From: Alkalispirochaeta sp.
Lineage (GTDB): Bacteria > Spirochaetota > Spirochaetia > DSM-27196 > Alkalispirochaetaceae
NCBI GenBank assembly: GCA_965601925.1
Contig: OZ271854.1
Coordinates: 3,072,001-3,136,000 of the forward strand
Reading direction: 5' to 3'
Length of the DNA stretch: 64,000 nucleotides
Shown piece by piece: positions 1-8,958 of the stretch. The notes beneath the pieces were generated by a model. That model saw nothing but the letters and a program-made list of their open reading frames with translations. It did not search any database and was not told the DNA's origin. The position numbers and the translations under genes are program-made. The first letter of the stretch is position 1. Each line of letters starts with the position of its first letter.

Positions 1-2
1 AT

Positions 3-1718
3 TTCGAGAAACGGTCTCTCTCCTCCGACACTTCGAGCTATTCGTACGACTATCTGGTCATCGGCGCCGGCGGCGCACCCGAGTTCTTCGATATCCCCGG
101 CGTTCAAGAGCACGGTTTTACCCTGTGGTCGTTGGAAGACGCGATTCGAATCAGGACGCACGTAGAGGACCGTTTTCGAGAGGCGGCGAAGGAGCCCAAC
201 CCGGAACGACGGCGTCGGATGCTTACCTTCACCATCGCCGGAGCCGGATTTACCGGAGTCGAGCTCGCCGGTGAGCTTTTGGAACGCAGAGACGTGCTCT
301 GTCCCAAGTACCACATCGATCCTCGAGAGGTGCGGGTCCTGATTATCGAGGCGAAGGATTCGATCCTCCCGATCTTCTCCGACAAACCGAAGCACAAGGC
401 GGAGCGCCATTTGCGTAAGCTCGGAGCCGAGATCATGCTGAACGCGACGATCACCGGCGCGGACGAGGGGCGCGTCCTCGTCGGAGACACTGCAATCGAT
501 ACCGACACGTTCATATGGACCGCCGGCATCCACGGCGGTGAGCTATCCTCGCGGATCGAACTGACAAAGGGTCATACGGCGCGCGGAGAGTGCTCAGTGG
601 CGACGATCGAGGGTATCCACGGCATGGCCGGTTGTTCCTTCGATGAAGACGAGCGATACGTCGTGGGCCAGCGCGGGCGCGTGTTGGTCAACGACTACAT
701 GCAGTCGGTCGACCAGGAACGGGTCTATCTCGTCGGCGATATCATCTGGTACGTCGAGGAGGAGCACGTGCTGCCCCAGGTTGTCGAGACGGCGCTCCAG
801 ACGGCGGAGACTGCGGCGAAGAACATTGTCGCCGACATCGAAGAAAAGGAAAAAGAGGCGTTCTCATCTACCTATCACGGGTTTATGGTCTCGGTAGGAA
901 GCCGCTACGGTGTCGCCCACGTGGTCGGTATTTCGCTCTCCGGTTTCCTGGCTCTCGGAGTGAAGCACCTGGTCAATTTGCACTACCTGTTCGGCCTTGC
1001 GGGAGTCAACGCGGTGTGGGAGTACATCCGTGAGGAATTCCTCGACGTTAAGGATCGGCGTTCCATGTTTCGGGGCCATTTTTCCTACCGAATCCGCGGC
1101 TACTGGGCGCTACCGCTACGCATCTTTCTGGGCGCGAAGTGGCTGTACGAAGGCGTCAGACATATTGCCGAAGGCTGGCTCAATCCCGGTTCGGACGGGA
1201 TTTTCAACGTTTCCGCCGATGCGATCCGTCTGCCGGGAGTGACGATCGGTGACGCGGTGAGCGGTGCAAGTCCCGCGTGGGAAGAGGGCGGTGAGGCCGC
1301 CACGACCGCGGCAACGACGGTCGCCGAGGCCGCCTCGGAGTGGGGTGAGCCCCTCATCGAGGCGCTCGGTATCTACACCTGGTTCGCCGAAACGGTTCTG
1401 AGCGCCTTCCCGACATTGACATTTCTACTCCAAGCCGGGGTCGTCATCGCGCAAGTACTGGTGGGGCTCGCCCTCATCGGCGGGTTGTTTACCTTTCCCG
1501 CGGCGGTCGTCTCGATCGGGTTCGGACTGCTGTTCATCGCCTCGGGATGGGGTAACCCCGAACTCTTGTGGTACATCGCCGCCTCGATCGTCATGCTCGG
1601 CGGCGCCGGACGTGGATTCGGCCTCGACCATTGGGTCATGCCGTGGCTCCGAAGGTGGTGGAATCGTCGAAGCATCGCGAAACGGACGTATCTCTACACC
1701 GGAGAGCCCCGGGACTGA
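3..1718 (+). CDS. ndh2: Type II NADH dehydrogenase fused to a C-terminal DoxX-like membrane domain (Ndh2-like), 5' truncated by the window edge
   Basis: The frame is open from base 3 (YDYLVIGAG...FFDIPGVQEH). It has the NAD-binding GAGFTGVELAGE, WTAG, GRVLVND..VYLVGD and ALQTA motifs, then a hydrophobic domain with PLRIFLG.KWLYEG and QVLVGLALIGGLFT...GAGRGFGLD. Confidence 0.88.
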   Translation, partial: FEKRSLSSDTSSYSYDYLVIGAGGAPEFFDIPGVQEHGFTLWSLEDAIRIRTHVEDRFREAAKEPNPERRRRMLTFTIAGAGFTGVELAGELLERRDVLCPKYHIDPREVRVLIIEAKDSILPIFSDKPKHKAERHLRKLGAEIMLNATITGADEGRVLVGDTAIDTDTFIWTAGIHGGELSSRIELTKGHTARGECSVATIEGIHGMAGCSFDEDERYVVGQRGRVLVNDYMQSVDQERVYLVGDIIWYVEEEHVLPQVVETALQTAETAAKNIVADIEEKEKEAFSSTYHGFMVSVGSRYGVAHVVGISLSGFLALGVKHLVNLHYLFGLAGVNAVWEYIREEFLDVKDRRSMFRGHFSYRIRGYWALPLRIFLGAKWLYEGVRHIAEGWLNPGSDGIFNVSADAIRLPGVTIGDAVSGASPAWEEGGEAATTAATTVAEAASEWGEPLIEALGIYTWFAETVLSAFPTLTFLLQAGVVIAQVLVGLALIGGLFTFPAAVVSIGFGLLFIASGWGNPELLWYIAASIVMLGGAGRGFGLDHWVMPWLRRWWNRRSIAKRTYLYTGEPRD

Positions 1719-2731
1719 TGATTTGGGCGCAGTTCCCCGAAATTCGTCGTGAGCTCGACCGGGTGCGGGCGGTCATTCTCGAAGAGGTCGCTCGTCCCGG
1801 CGGAAGAATCGCGCAGGGCCTGACCGATTTGGCGGGCCGCGACGCGAAACTCCTCCGACCGGCGTTCACCATTCTCGCGGCCCGCATCCAGGCGGGAGGA
1901 GCCGCGGTCGATGAGCGTGTGATCCGTTTGGCCGCGGCGATCGAGCTGTTGCATATGGCGTCGTTAGTCCATGACGATATCGTAGACGATGCGGTATCAC
2001 GACGGGGCGGCGCCGCGCTTCACGTGAGCTACGGGAGTCGCGCCGCGGTCCTGATGGGCGACTACCTCTTTTCGCGCTGTTTCGCCCTCGTCGCCGACCA
2101 CGCCGAGCCGGAAAACGCGTCGTTTTTGAGTGCCGCGGTCGGTCACATCATAGGCTCGGAGATCGCGGAAACCGACGGGGGATGGGACACCGAACTCTCG
2201 GTCAGACGCTACCTTCACCGAGTCATCGGGAAGACGGCGGTGCTCTTTGCGCTCAGCTTCCACGTCGGCGCCGCCGAGGCGCTGCCCGACGGCGGCGACG
2301 AGCGGATCGTGCAGATTCTCCGTCGCGTCGGATACAATGTCGGAGTCGGATTTCAGATTATCGACGACCTTCTCGACCTGTTCGGCTCGCCGCAGAAGAC
2401 CGGCAAGCCGCGGCGGACCGATCTGCGTCAGGGTGTGATAACGCTTCCGGTCATTATCGCCGCCAACTCGATGCAACGCTCGCGATTAATTCGCATCTTG
2501 TCTCGAATGGGCTCGACCTCGCGACGCGGTGCTCTTGCGCGCAGGTGGCGGGATCGCGCAATCGATCGCGTTTGCCTGGAAATCGAGCGAGCCGGCGGCA
2601 CCGACGGGGCGATTGCCGCCGCCGAGATATATACGCGTCGCGCCGAGCGAGAGATCGATCGACTCCCGGACACACCGGATCGGCGCATCCTGCAACGTAT
2701 TACGACCCACCTTCTGGAACGCGCGTCGTAG
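1718..2731 (+). CDS. Trans-polyprenyl diphosphate synthase (HepT/DmkB-like)
   Basis: KLLRP, ELLHMASLVHDDIVD..RRG, GDYL, GKTA and FQIIDDLLD motifs. The ATG overlaps the ndh2 stop (TGATG at 1716-1720), so the start is 1718 rather than 1568. Confidence 0.9.
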   Translation: MIWAQFPEIRRELDRVRAVILEEVARPGGRIAQGLTDLAGRDAKLLRPAFTILAARIQAGGAAVDERVIRLAAAIELLHMASLVHDDIVDDAVSRRGGAALHVSYGSRAAVLMGDYLFSRCFALVADHAEPENASFLSAAVGHIIGSEIAETDGGWDTELSVRRYLHRVIGKTAVLFALSFHVGAAEALPDGGDERIVQILRRVGYNVGVGFQIIDDLLDLFGSPQKTGKPRRTDLRQGVITLPVIIAANSMQRSRLIRILSRMGSTSRRGALARRWRDRAIDRVCLEIERAGGTDGAIAAAEIYTRRAEREIDRLPDTPDRRILQRITTHLLERAS

Positions 2732-2921
2732 CGCGTCTCCGATAGACATGTGACACCTGCCCGACGGATCGACGGCCGCGTCCCCCGCTCAGTCGGCGGA
2801 GCCGAGAGTCGTTCGGTGCCGCGGCTGCCGATCCGCTGCGTGATGTGTGCCCTCGGGTGCAGCTTTGGGTGGTTGTTTGGGAGCGGAGACGGAGTGCGTC
2901 GTGGCCCAGCCCGCTACTCTC

Positions 2922-3833
2922 CTACAACGGAGTCAGTCCAAGGGCTTCGACGGTGAGGGGCACGGCGACTCCCAACGCATAGTATAGAAAGATGCGCGAA
3001 ATCGACCCCATCGAGGGACCTTTGGTGGTGTGGAAGTACCCCCTGATGTGCATTCGAAAGTAGACCGGAACGCTGACCAAAGCCGCAAGGAGCACACCGG
3101 CGAGCACGATATGAGGAAAGACGCCGTACCATGACAATGCGCCGGCCGAGACAAAGGCGGCGGCACCCAAGAGATAGACGAGCGCAGCGCCCCCTCTTCT
3201 GCCGACCAGAATCGAGAGGGTTCGTCGGCCGGCACGACGGTCGCCGTCGATGTCGCACGTATTGTTGACCGTCAATATCGAAGCGACGATCAGTGTCGAA
3301 GGAATGCCCGCCAGCAGATCGGGTGCGCCGAGCGTCCCGCGTTGGATGTAAATCGATAAGGTGACGAGCACCCAGCCGAGAAAGGAGCCGGCGAACAACT
3401 CTCCGAAAGGCGTGCGCGAAATGGGGAGCGGGCCCGCGTTGTACAGGAATCCTACTACCATACACATCGCCCCTACGACTATGACCGCCGGCGAGGTGAG
3501 CACGGCGAGCCATATTCCGAACACCGCGGCAACACCGTACAGCACCAGCGAGGTAATCAACGCCAACCCGGCCGGCACGTTCTGATGGACCAACACTTTA
3601 TCCTCTTCGTGATTAATGGAACTACGATCGACCCCGTGAAAGAAGTCGAAGAACGAGTTGAAACCGGTGGTCGCCATATCCACCGCGACCACGGCGCACA
3701 GCATCACGATCCCGCTGAGCATGTCGACGCTCCGATCGACGACGGCGCCGTACGCCGTTCCGATCACCACGCCGGAGACGCTGATGAGCTTTGTGCGTAT
3801 CTCTACGATTCTTAAGAACTGGTGTAGCGTCAT
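2922..3833 (-). CDS. menA: 1,4-dihydroxy-2-naphthoate polyprenyltransferase (MenA/DmkA-like, UbiA family)
   Basis: Multi-TM protein with NSFFDFFHGVD, YNAGPLPISRTPFGE and NNTCDIDGDRRAGRRTL motifs. Confidence 0.85.
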   Translation of the reverse strand: MTLHQFLRIVEIRTKLISVSGVVIGTAYGAVVDRSVDMLSGIVMLCAVVAVDMATTGFNSFFDFFHGVDRSSINHEEDKVLVHQNVPAGLALITSLVLYGVAAVFGIWLAVLTSPAVIVVGAMCMVVGFLYNAGPLPISRTPFGELFAGSFLGWVLVTLSIYIQRGTLGAPDLLAGIPSTLIVASILTVNNTCDIDGDRRAGRRTLSILVGRRGGAALVYLLGAAAFVSAGALSWYGVFPHIVLAGVLLAALVSVPVYFRMHIRGYFHTTKGPSMGSISRIFLYYALGVAVPLTVEALGLTPL

Positions 3834-3913
3834 TGCGTTATAGATCGGTCGAGGCTTTCCGTCGATGCGAAGTCACCCATGTGATGGGCCCGTGACGCAT
3901 ACGATACATCGTG

Positions 3914-4594
3914 TCACGCGAGGTATAGCGAAAAGCCCATGAAGAACGAGACGCTCCCGCCGATGACGAACAGGTGCCAAATCGTATGGCTGAATGGAAG
4001 GCGGCGCCATGCGTAGAATACCACGCCGACGGTGTAGAACGCGCCGCCGATCAACATCCAACGAATGAGGCCGTCGGGGGCCGTCGCCACCATGGGACGG
4101 GCGGCGATCAGTACGATCCAACCCATGGGAATGTAGAGGAGGTCGGTAATGATGTGGGGTGTACGAAACACAAGCGTCTTGAGGAGAATGCCGAGTACCG
4201 CGAGGCCCCAGATAACGCCGAAGATGCTCCAGCCCCACGGGCCGCGCATGACCGTGAGGGTCACCGGTGTGTAGGTCCCGGCGATGAGGAGGTAAATGAA
4301 GGACTGATCGACGATCCTGAGGTAGTACCTAATGCGCGGAAGCGAAGCGAAACTGTGCATGAGCGATGAGGAGAGATAGAGTAAAATCTGGCTCGCCCCG
4401 TAGACCGAGAAACTCACATACTTCCACGGATCGGGATTCTGGTTGGTTAACATGATAAGCGCCGTGAGGCCCGATATTGCCAGCCCCGCGCCGATTGCGT
4501 GGGTGAGGCTGTTGAAGATCTCTTCGATGACGCCGCCGCTTTCATAGGCTATTTCCGACGGTCGTAGTTCCTGTTGCTCGAACGCTTCACTCAT
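3914..4594 (-). CDS. Hemolysin III / PAQR family membrane protein
   Basis: EEIFNSLTH, SSLMH, DQSFIYLLIAGTYTP and HTIWHLFV motifs, about 7 TM. Start placed at MSEAF. Confidence 0.9.
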   Translation of the reverse strand: MSEAFEQQELRPSEIAYESGGVIEEIFNSLTHAIGAGLAISGLTALIMLTNQNPDPWKYVSFSVYGASQILLYLSSSLMHSFASLPRIRYYLRIVDQSFIYLLIAGTYTPVTLTVMRGPWGWSIFGVIWGLAVLGILLKTLVFRTPHIITDLLYIPMGWIVLIAARPMVATAPDGLIRWMLIGGAFYTVGVVFYAWRRLPFSHTIWHLFVIGGSVSFFMGFSLYLA

Positions 4595-4691
4595 ACAATG
4601 AATTACAAGATACTCGGTTCGCGATGTCAAGGAGCGCTTGGATGACTTTGGCGCCATATGGTACAATCCCGCGGCAATAGGCAAAAAGGGA

Positions 4692-5294
4692 GTGGCAAAA
4701 GAAAAACGCCGCAGCGTCGGCAGAGACAAAATTCTCGAAGCGGCGGAGTCGCTGTTTCGCGAACACGGCTTCTCGAGCGTCTCGCTCGCCGACGTTGCGC
4801 GGGCCGTCAACATCAGAAAACCGTCCATCTACTACCACTTTCCCAACGGAAAAGAAGAGCTTTTCGTGGAGGTGCAACGGGGCATGTTTCTACGAATCGG
4901 CGACGAGCTCAAACGTGCCGTTGCCGGGGCCGACGCCGATCTGGCCTCTCAACTCTCCGCCGCGTCGCGGTGGTTCTTGAGCCGACCCCCGCTGTTTCTC
5001 CTCTCGATGGTACACAACGACATGCCCGATCTGAGCGATGCGCATCGCAAGGAGCTGTCGAGGATCAGCTACGAGGCGATCATGCTTCCCCTCGTTGAGG
5101 CCGCCGTCGGGGCCACCGAGCGCGGTGAGTTGCGCGATGTGGATCCACACCGTATCGCCGGTAGCTTTCTCTCTCTTCTGGAGGGGAATACGATCACTGC
5201 GCGCGCCGGTTTCGCCGGCGATCTGGAGGCGCTCATGCGGGGATCGATCGATCTCATTCTGAACGGAGTGTTGCGCTCGCGACGCGAGGTATGA
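4692..5294 (+). CDS. TetR/AcrR family regulator
   Basis: ILEAAESLFREHGF..VSLADVARAVNIRKPSIYYHF..KEELF HTH. GTG start is inferred. Confidence 0.88.
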   Translation: MAKEKRRSVGRDKILEAAESLFREHGFSSVSLADVARAVNIRKPSIYYHFPNGKEELFVEVQRGMFLRIGDELKRAVAGADADLASQLSAASRWFLSRPPLFLLSMVHNDMPDLSDAHRKELSRISYEAIMLPLVEAAVGATERGELRDVDPHRIAGSFLSLLEGNTITARAGFAGDLEALMRGSIDLILNGVLRSRREV

Positions 5295-5348
5295 CTCGTC
5301 GGCGCAGTACTCTGCGCGGTTCGTGACCGCCTCGGCTCCACGCGCGCT

Positions 5349-6269
5349 TCACGCCGATGCGCGTGCCACAATTCCCATCATGCGGTGAACCAGTTCGGCG
5401 GCCGCGTACGACCATGCGTGCTGTCCCGCTATCGGTGCCAATTCCACGACGTCCATTCCCACGACTCGTCGCGCCCCCGCGATCGAGGTGAGAATGCCGA
5501 GGATCTGATACCATCCCAACCCTCCCGGTACCGGCGTCCCCGTCGCCGGAATGATCGACGGGTCCAGTCCGTCCACGTCGACCGAAATGTAGATACGGCG
5601 TGGAAAATCGTGCGGAATCTCGATCGAGGTCGTACCGCCGGGGACGATCGAGGCCGCGTCGTAGACGACGAGCGGGACACCGTTGGGCGGTGCGGCACGA
5701 TAGATCACCTCCTCCGGCGAAAGGGCGCGGACACCGATTTGTATCAGAGGAATGCCCATATCGCCGTGGATACGGCGGGCGACGCACGCGTGGCTCTCCC
5801 GGCTCCCTTCGTACTCGTCCCGCAAGTCGGCGTGGGCATCGATCTGAACGACGCCGATCGGCGCGCCGGTGTGTTCGGCTCCGTGTTCGCCGGCGTTGAG
5901 CGCCTCCAGGATGCCGGCGACTGCGCTCGCCGTGATTGAGTGTTCGCCGCCCAAGACGACCGGCACGCCCGATCCGCCGGCACCCTCCAAGACGGCGCGG
6001 CGCACCGCATTGGTGATACGTGGAAGTACCTCCCGGGCCGGCCCGCGGCAGTCGAGCGGCGGCCAGGTATGGATGCCCTCTTCGCCGGGACAACTCAATC
6101 CGTCGAACACCTCGAGTTGATTGCTCGCCTGAATGATCGCCGCCGGCCCCCCGGCGGTACCTCCGCCGTAGGAGACGCTCGCCTCGAAGGGAGCGGAGAT
6201 CACGTGGAAGCGCGCGTCGTCCGCCGGACGAGGTGCAAACTCACTTTCGAGAAAGAGGGGGTGGCTCAC
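5349..6269 (-). CDS. speB: Agmatinase-family ureohydrolase
   Basis: GGEH, DAHAD, SHAC, DVDGLDP..ATGTPVPGG and VELAP motifs. AAGGAG lies before the GTG start. Confidence 0.9.
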   Translation of the reverse strand: MSHPLFLESEFAPRPADDARFHVISAPFEASVSYGGGTAGGPAAIIQASNQLEVFDGLSCPGEEGIHTWPPLDCRGPAREVLPRITNAVRRAVLEGAGGSGVPVVLGGEHSITASAVAGILEALNAGEHGAEHTGAPIGVVQIDAHADLRDEYEGSRESHACVARRIHGDMGIPLIQIGVRALSPEEVIYRAAPPNGVPLVVYDAASIVPGGTTSIEIPHDFPRRIYISVDVDGLDPSIIPATGTPVPGGLGWYQILGILTSIAGARRVVGMDVVELAPIAGQHAWSYAAAELVHRMMGIVARASA

Positions 6270-6337
6270 AACGGCTCCTTTCGGTGTCACATATACGTAC
6301 TGCGAGGTTTCGTGTCGTCTCCGCACAGCTCGGCGAA

Positions 6338-7735
6338 CTACCCGAGGCGCTCACGAAAGTCGTGATAGTCCGGCGTGCGCTCGACCGAATGTGTCTGCGA
6401 TACGGAGTTCCACGTCGCAATCGATGGGAGCGCGACACCGTTGAAGGTCGTCGTCTTCACCATCGTGTAGTGGCTCATATCGTCGAATACGATACGGTCG
6501 CCGACGGCCAGCGGCGCGTCGAAACTGTAGTCGCCCATTACATCTCCGGCGAGGCACGTCTGTCCGCCGACGCGGTAGGTGTAGGCGCGTTCTCCCGGCG
6601 CGCCGGCACCCCACACGGTGGGACGGTACGGCATTTCGAGCGTGTCCGGCATGTGCGCCGTCGCCGATGTATCGAGAATCGCAATATCCATTCCGTTGTG
6701 CAACACATCCAGGACGCTCGCCACCAGCACACCGGTGTGAATCGCCACCGCCTCACCCGGTTCGATTACTACCTCGACTCCGTAGTTTCTACGAACGTTA
6801 CGAATCAGCTCCACGAGATGCTCGCGATCGTAGTCCGGCTTAGTGATGAGATGTCCGCCACCCATGTTGAACATGCGAATCTCCGGTTGTCTGAGGAGCC
6901 ACCCGAAGCGCTTCTCCACCGCCGCGAGCACCCGCTCCAGCGCATGCGAATCGCTCTCGCACAGGACGTGCATGTGTACTCCCGTTATTCCTTCAAGCGG
7001 TGCCCCTTTTTTGAAGAGCGATCGGTGATAATACGTACCATCGGTCGGTGCCGCGCTGGGCTCCGAGTGCATCGCCGCTCGGCGAAGTTGGGCGCGTAAC
7101 TCGTCCTCGGTGCTACCCAACCGGGAGTAGGGTGCACTCGGGTCGTAGAGCGCCGTCTCGCCGACGGAGCACTCGGGGTTGATTCGGATTCCGTAGGAGC
7201 GCGCGCTACCGTCGGAAGGGAGGTTGCGGGCCACAGCGCGGTGGCGTAACCACTGATCGAGTGTGTTAAAGACGATGTGGTCCGAAAAGTCGAGGACGTG
7301 GGTGAAGTCGACCTCGGAATAAGCCGGCGCAAAGGTGTGTACCGCAAATCCCGTCGCGTCGCCCGCCACCGCCTCGCGACCCAAGCGCGCCTCGTACACG
7401 CCGCTCGCGCACACCCCGTCGAGGTACGTCCGCACCAAGCCGAACGTAGCCGGCAGGGCGAACGCTTTGAGGGCGAGCAACACGCGGGCGCCGCTTCGGT
7501 CGGCGACATCGCGGAGTATACCCAGATTGTGCTCGACCGCGGCGAGGTCGACGAAGAAGCACGGGCTGGGTAACGCGGCGGGATCGAAGTTGCGAAAGAA
7601 GGGACGCCCGTCGGGATTGTACGGCCTCGGATCGCGGCGCGGATCGGCATTCCGCGCTCGGGCCGCTCCGGTTACGTCCGAGGACGGTGCGGCGCGATGC
7701 ACCGCGGCGGTCCGATCGGCCGGGTCACTACGCAA
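6338..7735 (-). CDS. nspC: Carboxy(nor)spermidine decarboxylase (CASDC)
   Basis: PLP lysine in LALKAF, plus RINP, YDP...SRLG, HMHVLCE, NMGGGH, EPGEA, HMPDTLE, CLAGD and HYTMVKTTTFNG. Confidence 0.9.
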   Translation of the reverse strand: MRSDPADRTAAVHRAAPSSDVTGAARARNADPRRDPRPYNPDGRPFFRNFDPAALPSPCFFVDLAAVEHNLGILRDVADRSGARVLLALKAFALPATFGLVRTYLDGVCASGVYEARLGREAVAGDATGFAVHTFAPAYSEVDFTHVLDFSDHIVFNTLDQWLRHRAVARNLPSDGSARSYGIRINPECSVGETALYDPSAPYSRLGSTEDELRAQLRRAAMHSEPSAAPTDGTYYHRSLFKKGAPLEGITGVHMHVLCESDSHALERVLAAVEKRFGWLLRQPEIRMFNMGGGHLITKPDYDREHLVELIRNVRRNYGVEVVIEPGEAVAIHTGVLVASVLDVLHNGMDIAILDTSATAHMPDTLEMPYRPTVWGAGAPGERAYTYRVGGQTCLAGDVMGDYSFDAPLAVGDRIVFDDMSHYTMVKTTTFNGVALPSIATWNSVSQTHSVERTPDYHDFRERLG

Positions 7736-8939
7736 AGTCGGCGATCTCCGCCGGATCCTGTACCGACCAGGGGAGGCCGTACACGTTCAGAGCGGCCATA
7801 AACGGGTCGGGGTCGAACTGTTCCATGTTCCATACTCCGGGGCTCATCCAATCGCCGCGGAGCATCATCATCGCACCGATCATAGCCGGTACCCCGGTAG
7901 TGTAGCTGATCGCCTGGCTACCGACTTCGGCGTACGCCGCCTCGTGGTCGCAGATGTTGTATACGTAGACGCGTCGCGTCCGAGCCTCTTTTGTTCCCTC
8001 GGCGATGACCCCTATGCAGGTACGTCCTCGGGTGCGCGGCCCCAGGCTCGCAGGCTCCGGGAGTACGGCCTTTAGAAACCGAAGGGGTACGATCCGCGTA
8101 CCTTCAAAATCGACCGGTGTAATGGAGGTCATGCCGACGTTCTGCAGCACCTCGAGGTGCGTGAGATAGCGCTCCGAAAAGCTCATCCAGAATCGCGCGG
8201 TGCGAATCGAGGGGATGTGGCGTACCAGACTCTCCAGCTCTTCGTGATACATACGATAGATCGAGTATTCGCCGAGGCCGTCGGGGCAGACGAAGGGGCG
8301 TCGAACGCTCATCGCCGGGGTTTCGACGAAGCGGCCTCCCTCCCAGTGGCGACAGGAGGCCGTGATCTCTCGGATGTTGATTTCGGGGTTGAAGTTGGTG
8401 GCAAAGGGGTGGCCGTGGTCGCCGCCGTTGACGTCGACGATATCGAGGGTATGGATCTCGTCCAACCGGTGTTTGTTGAGCCAGGCGGTAAAGACGTTCG
8501 TCACCCCCGGGTCGAAGCCGCTGCCGAGGAGCGCCATGAGACCGGCCTCGCGAAATCGATCCTCGTAGGCCCACTGCCAAGAGTATTCGAAACGTGCCGT
8601 GTCGGGCGGCTCGTAGTTGGCGGTGTCGAGATAGTGCACGCCGGTAGCGAGACAGGCATCCATGATCGTGAGGTCCTGGTACGGGAGCGCGACATTGATC
8701 ACCAGCTCCGGGCGCACCTCATCAAAGAGCCCGACGAGCTCCTCCACGCGATCGGCGTCGACGCGTCGCGGGAGAATCGTGACCCCCAACCGCTCGTGCA
8801 CGTCCCGGGCGATCTCCTCGCACTTGGAAAGGGTCCGGCTCGCGAGCGTTATCTCGGAAAACACTTCGGGGCACGCCGCGCACTTGTGCGCCACGACTCG
8901 GCCGACACCACCGGCGCCGATAATGAGAACTCGTGCCAT
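7728..8939 (-). CDS. Carboxy(nor)spermidine dehydrogenase (saccharopine dehydrogenase family, CASDH)
   Basis: GAGGVG, NVALPYQDL, YLDTANYE, GFDPG, ATNFNPEIN, HEELESL and SYTTGVP motifs. Adjacent to nspC. Confidence 0.9.
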   Translation of the reverse strand: MARVLIIGAGGVGRVVAHKCAACPEVFSEITLASRTLSKCEEIARDVHERLGVTILPRRVDADRVEELVGLFDEVRPELVINVALPYQDLTIMDACLATGVHYLDTANYEPPDTARFEYSWQWAYEDRFREAGLMALLGSGFDPGVTNVFTAWLNKHRLDEIHTLDIVDVNGGDHGHPFATNFNPEINIREITASCRHWEGGRFVETPAMSVRRPFVCPDGLGEYSIYRMYHEELESLVRHIPSIRTARFWMSFSERYLTHLEVLQNVGMTSITPVDFEGTRIVPLRFLKAVLPEPASLGPRTRGRTCIGVIAEGTKEARTRRVYVYNICDHEAAYAEVGSQAISYTTGVPAMIGAMMMLRGDWMSPGVWNMEQFDPDPFMAALNVYGLPWSVQDPAEIADFA

Positions 8940-8958
8940 CTCACTCCTCCATATTCAT

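Noticed and set aside
3914..4594. Hemolysin as a virulence factor
   Set aside because: The hemolysin III/PAQR family is widespread in non-pathogens, so the name is not evidence of toxicity.
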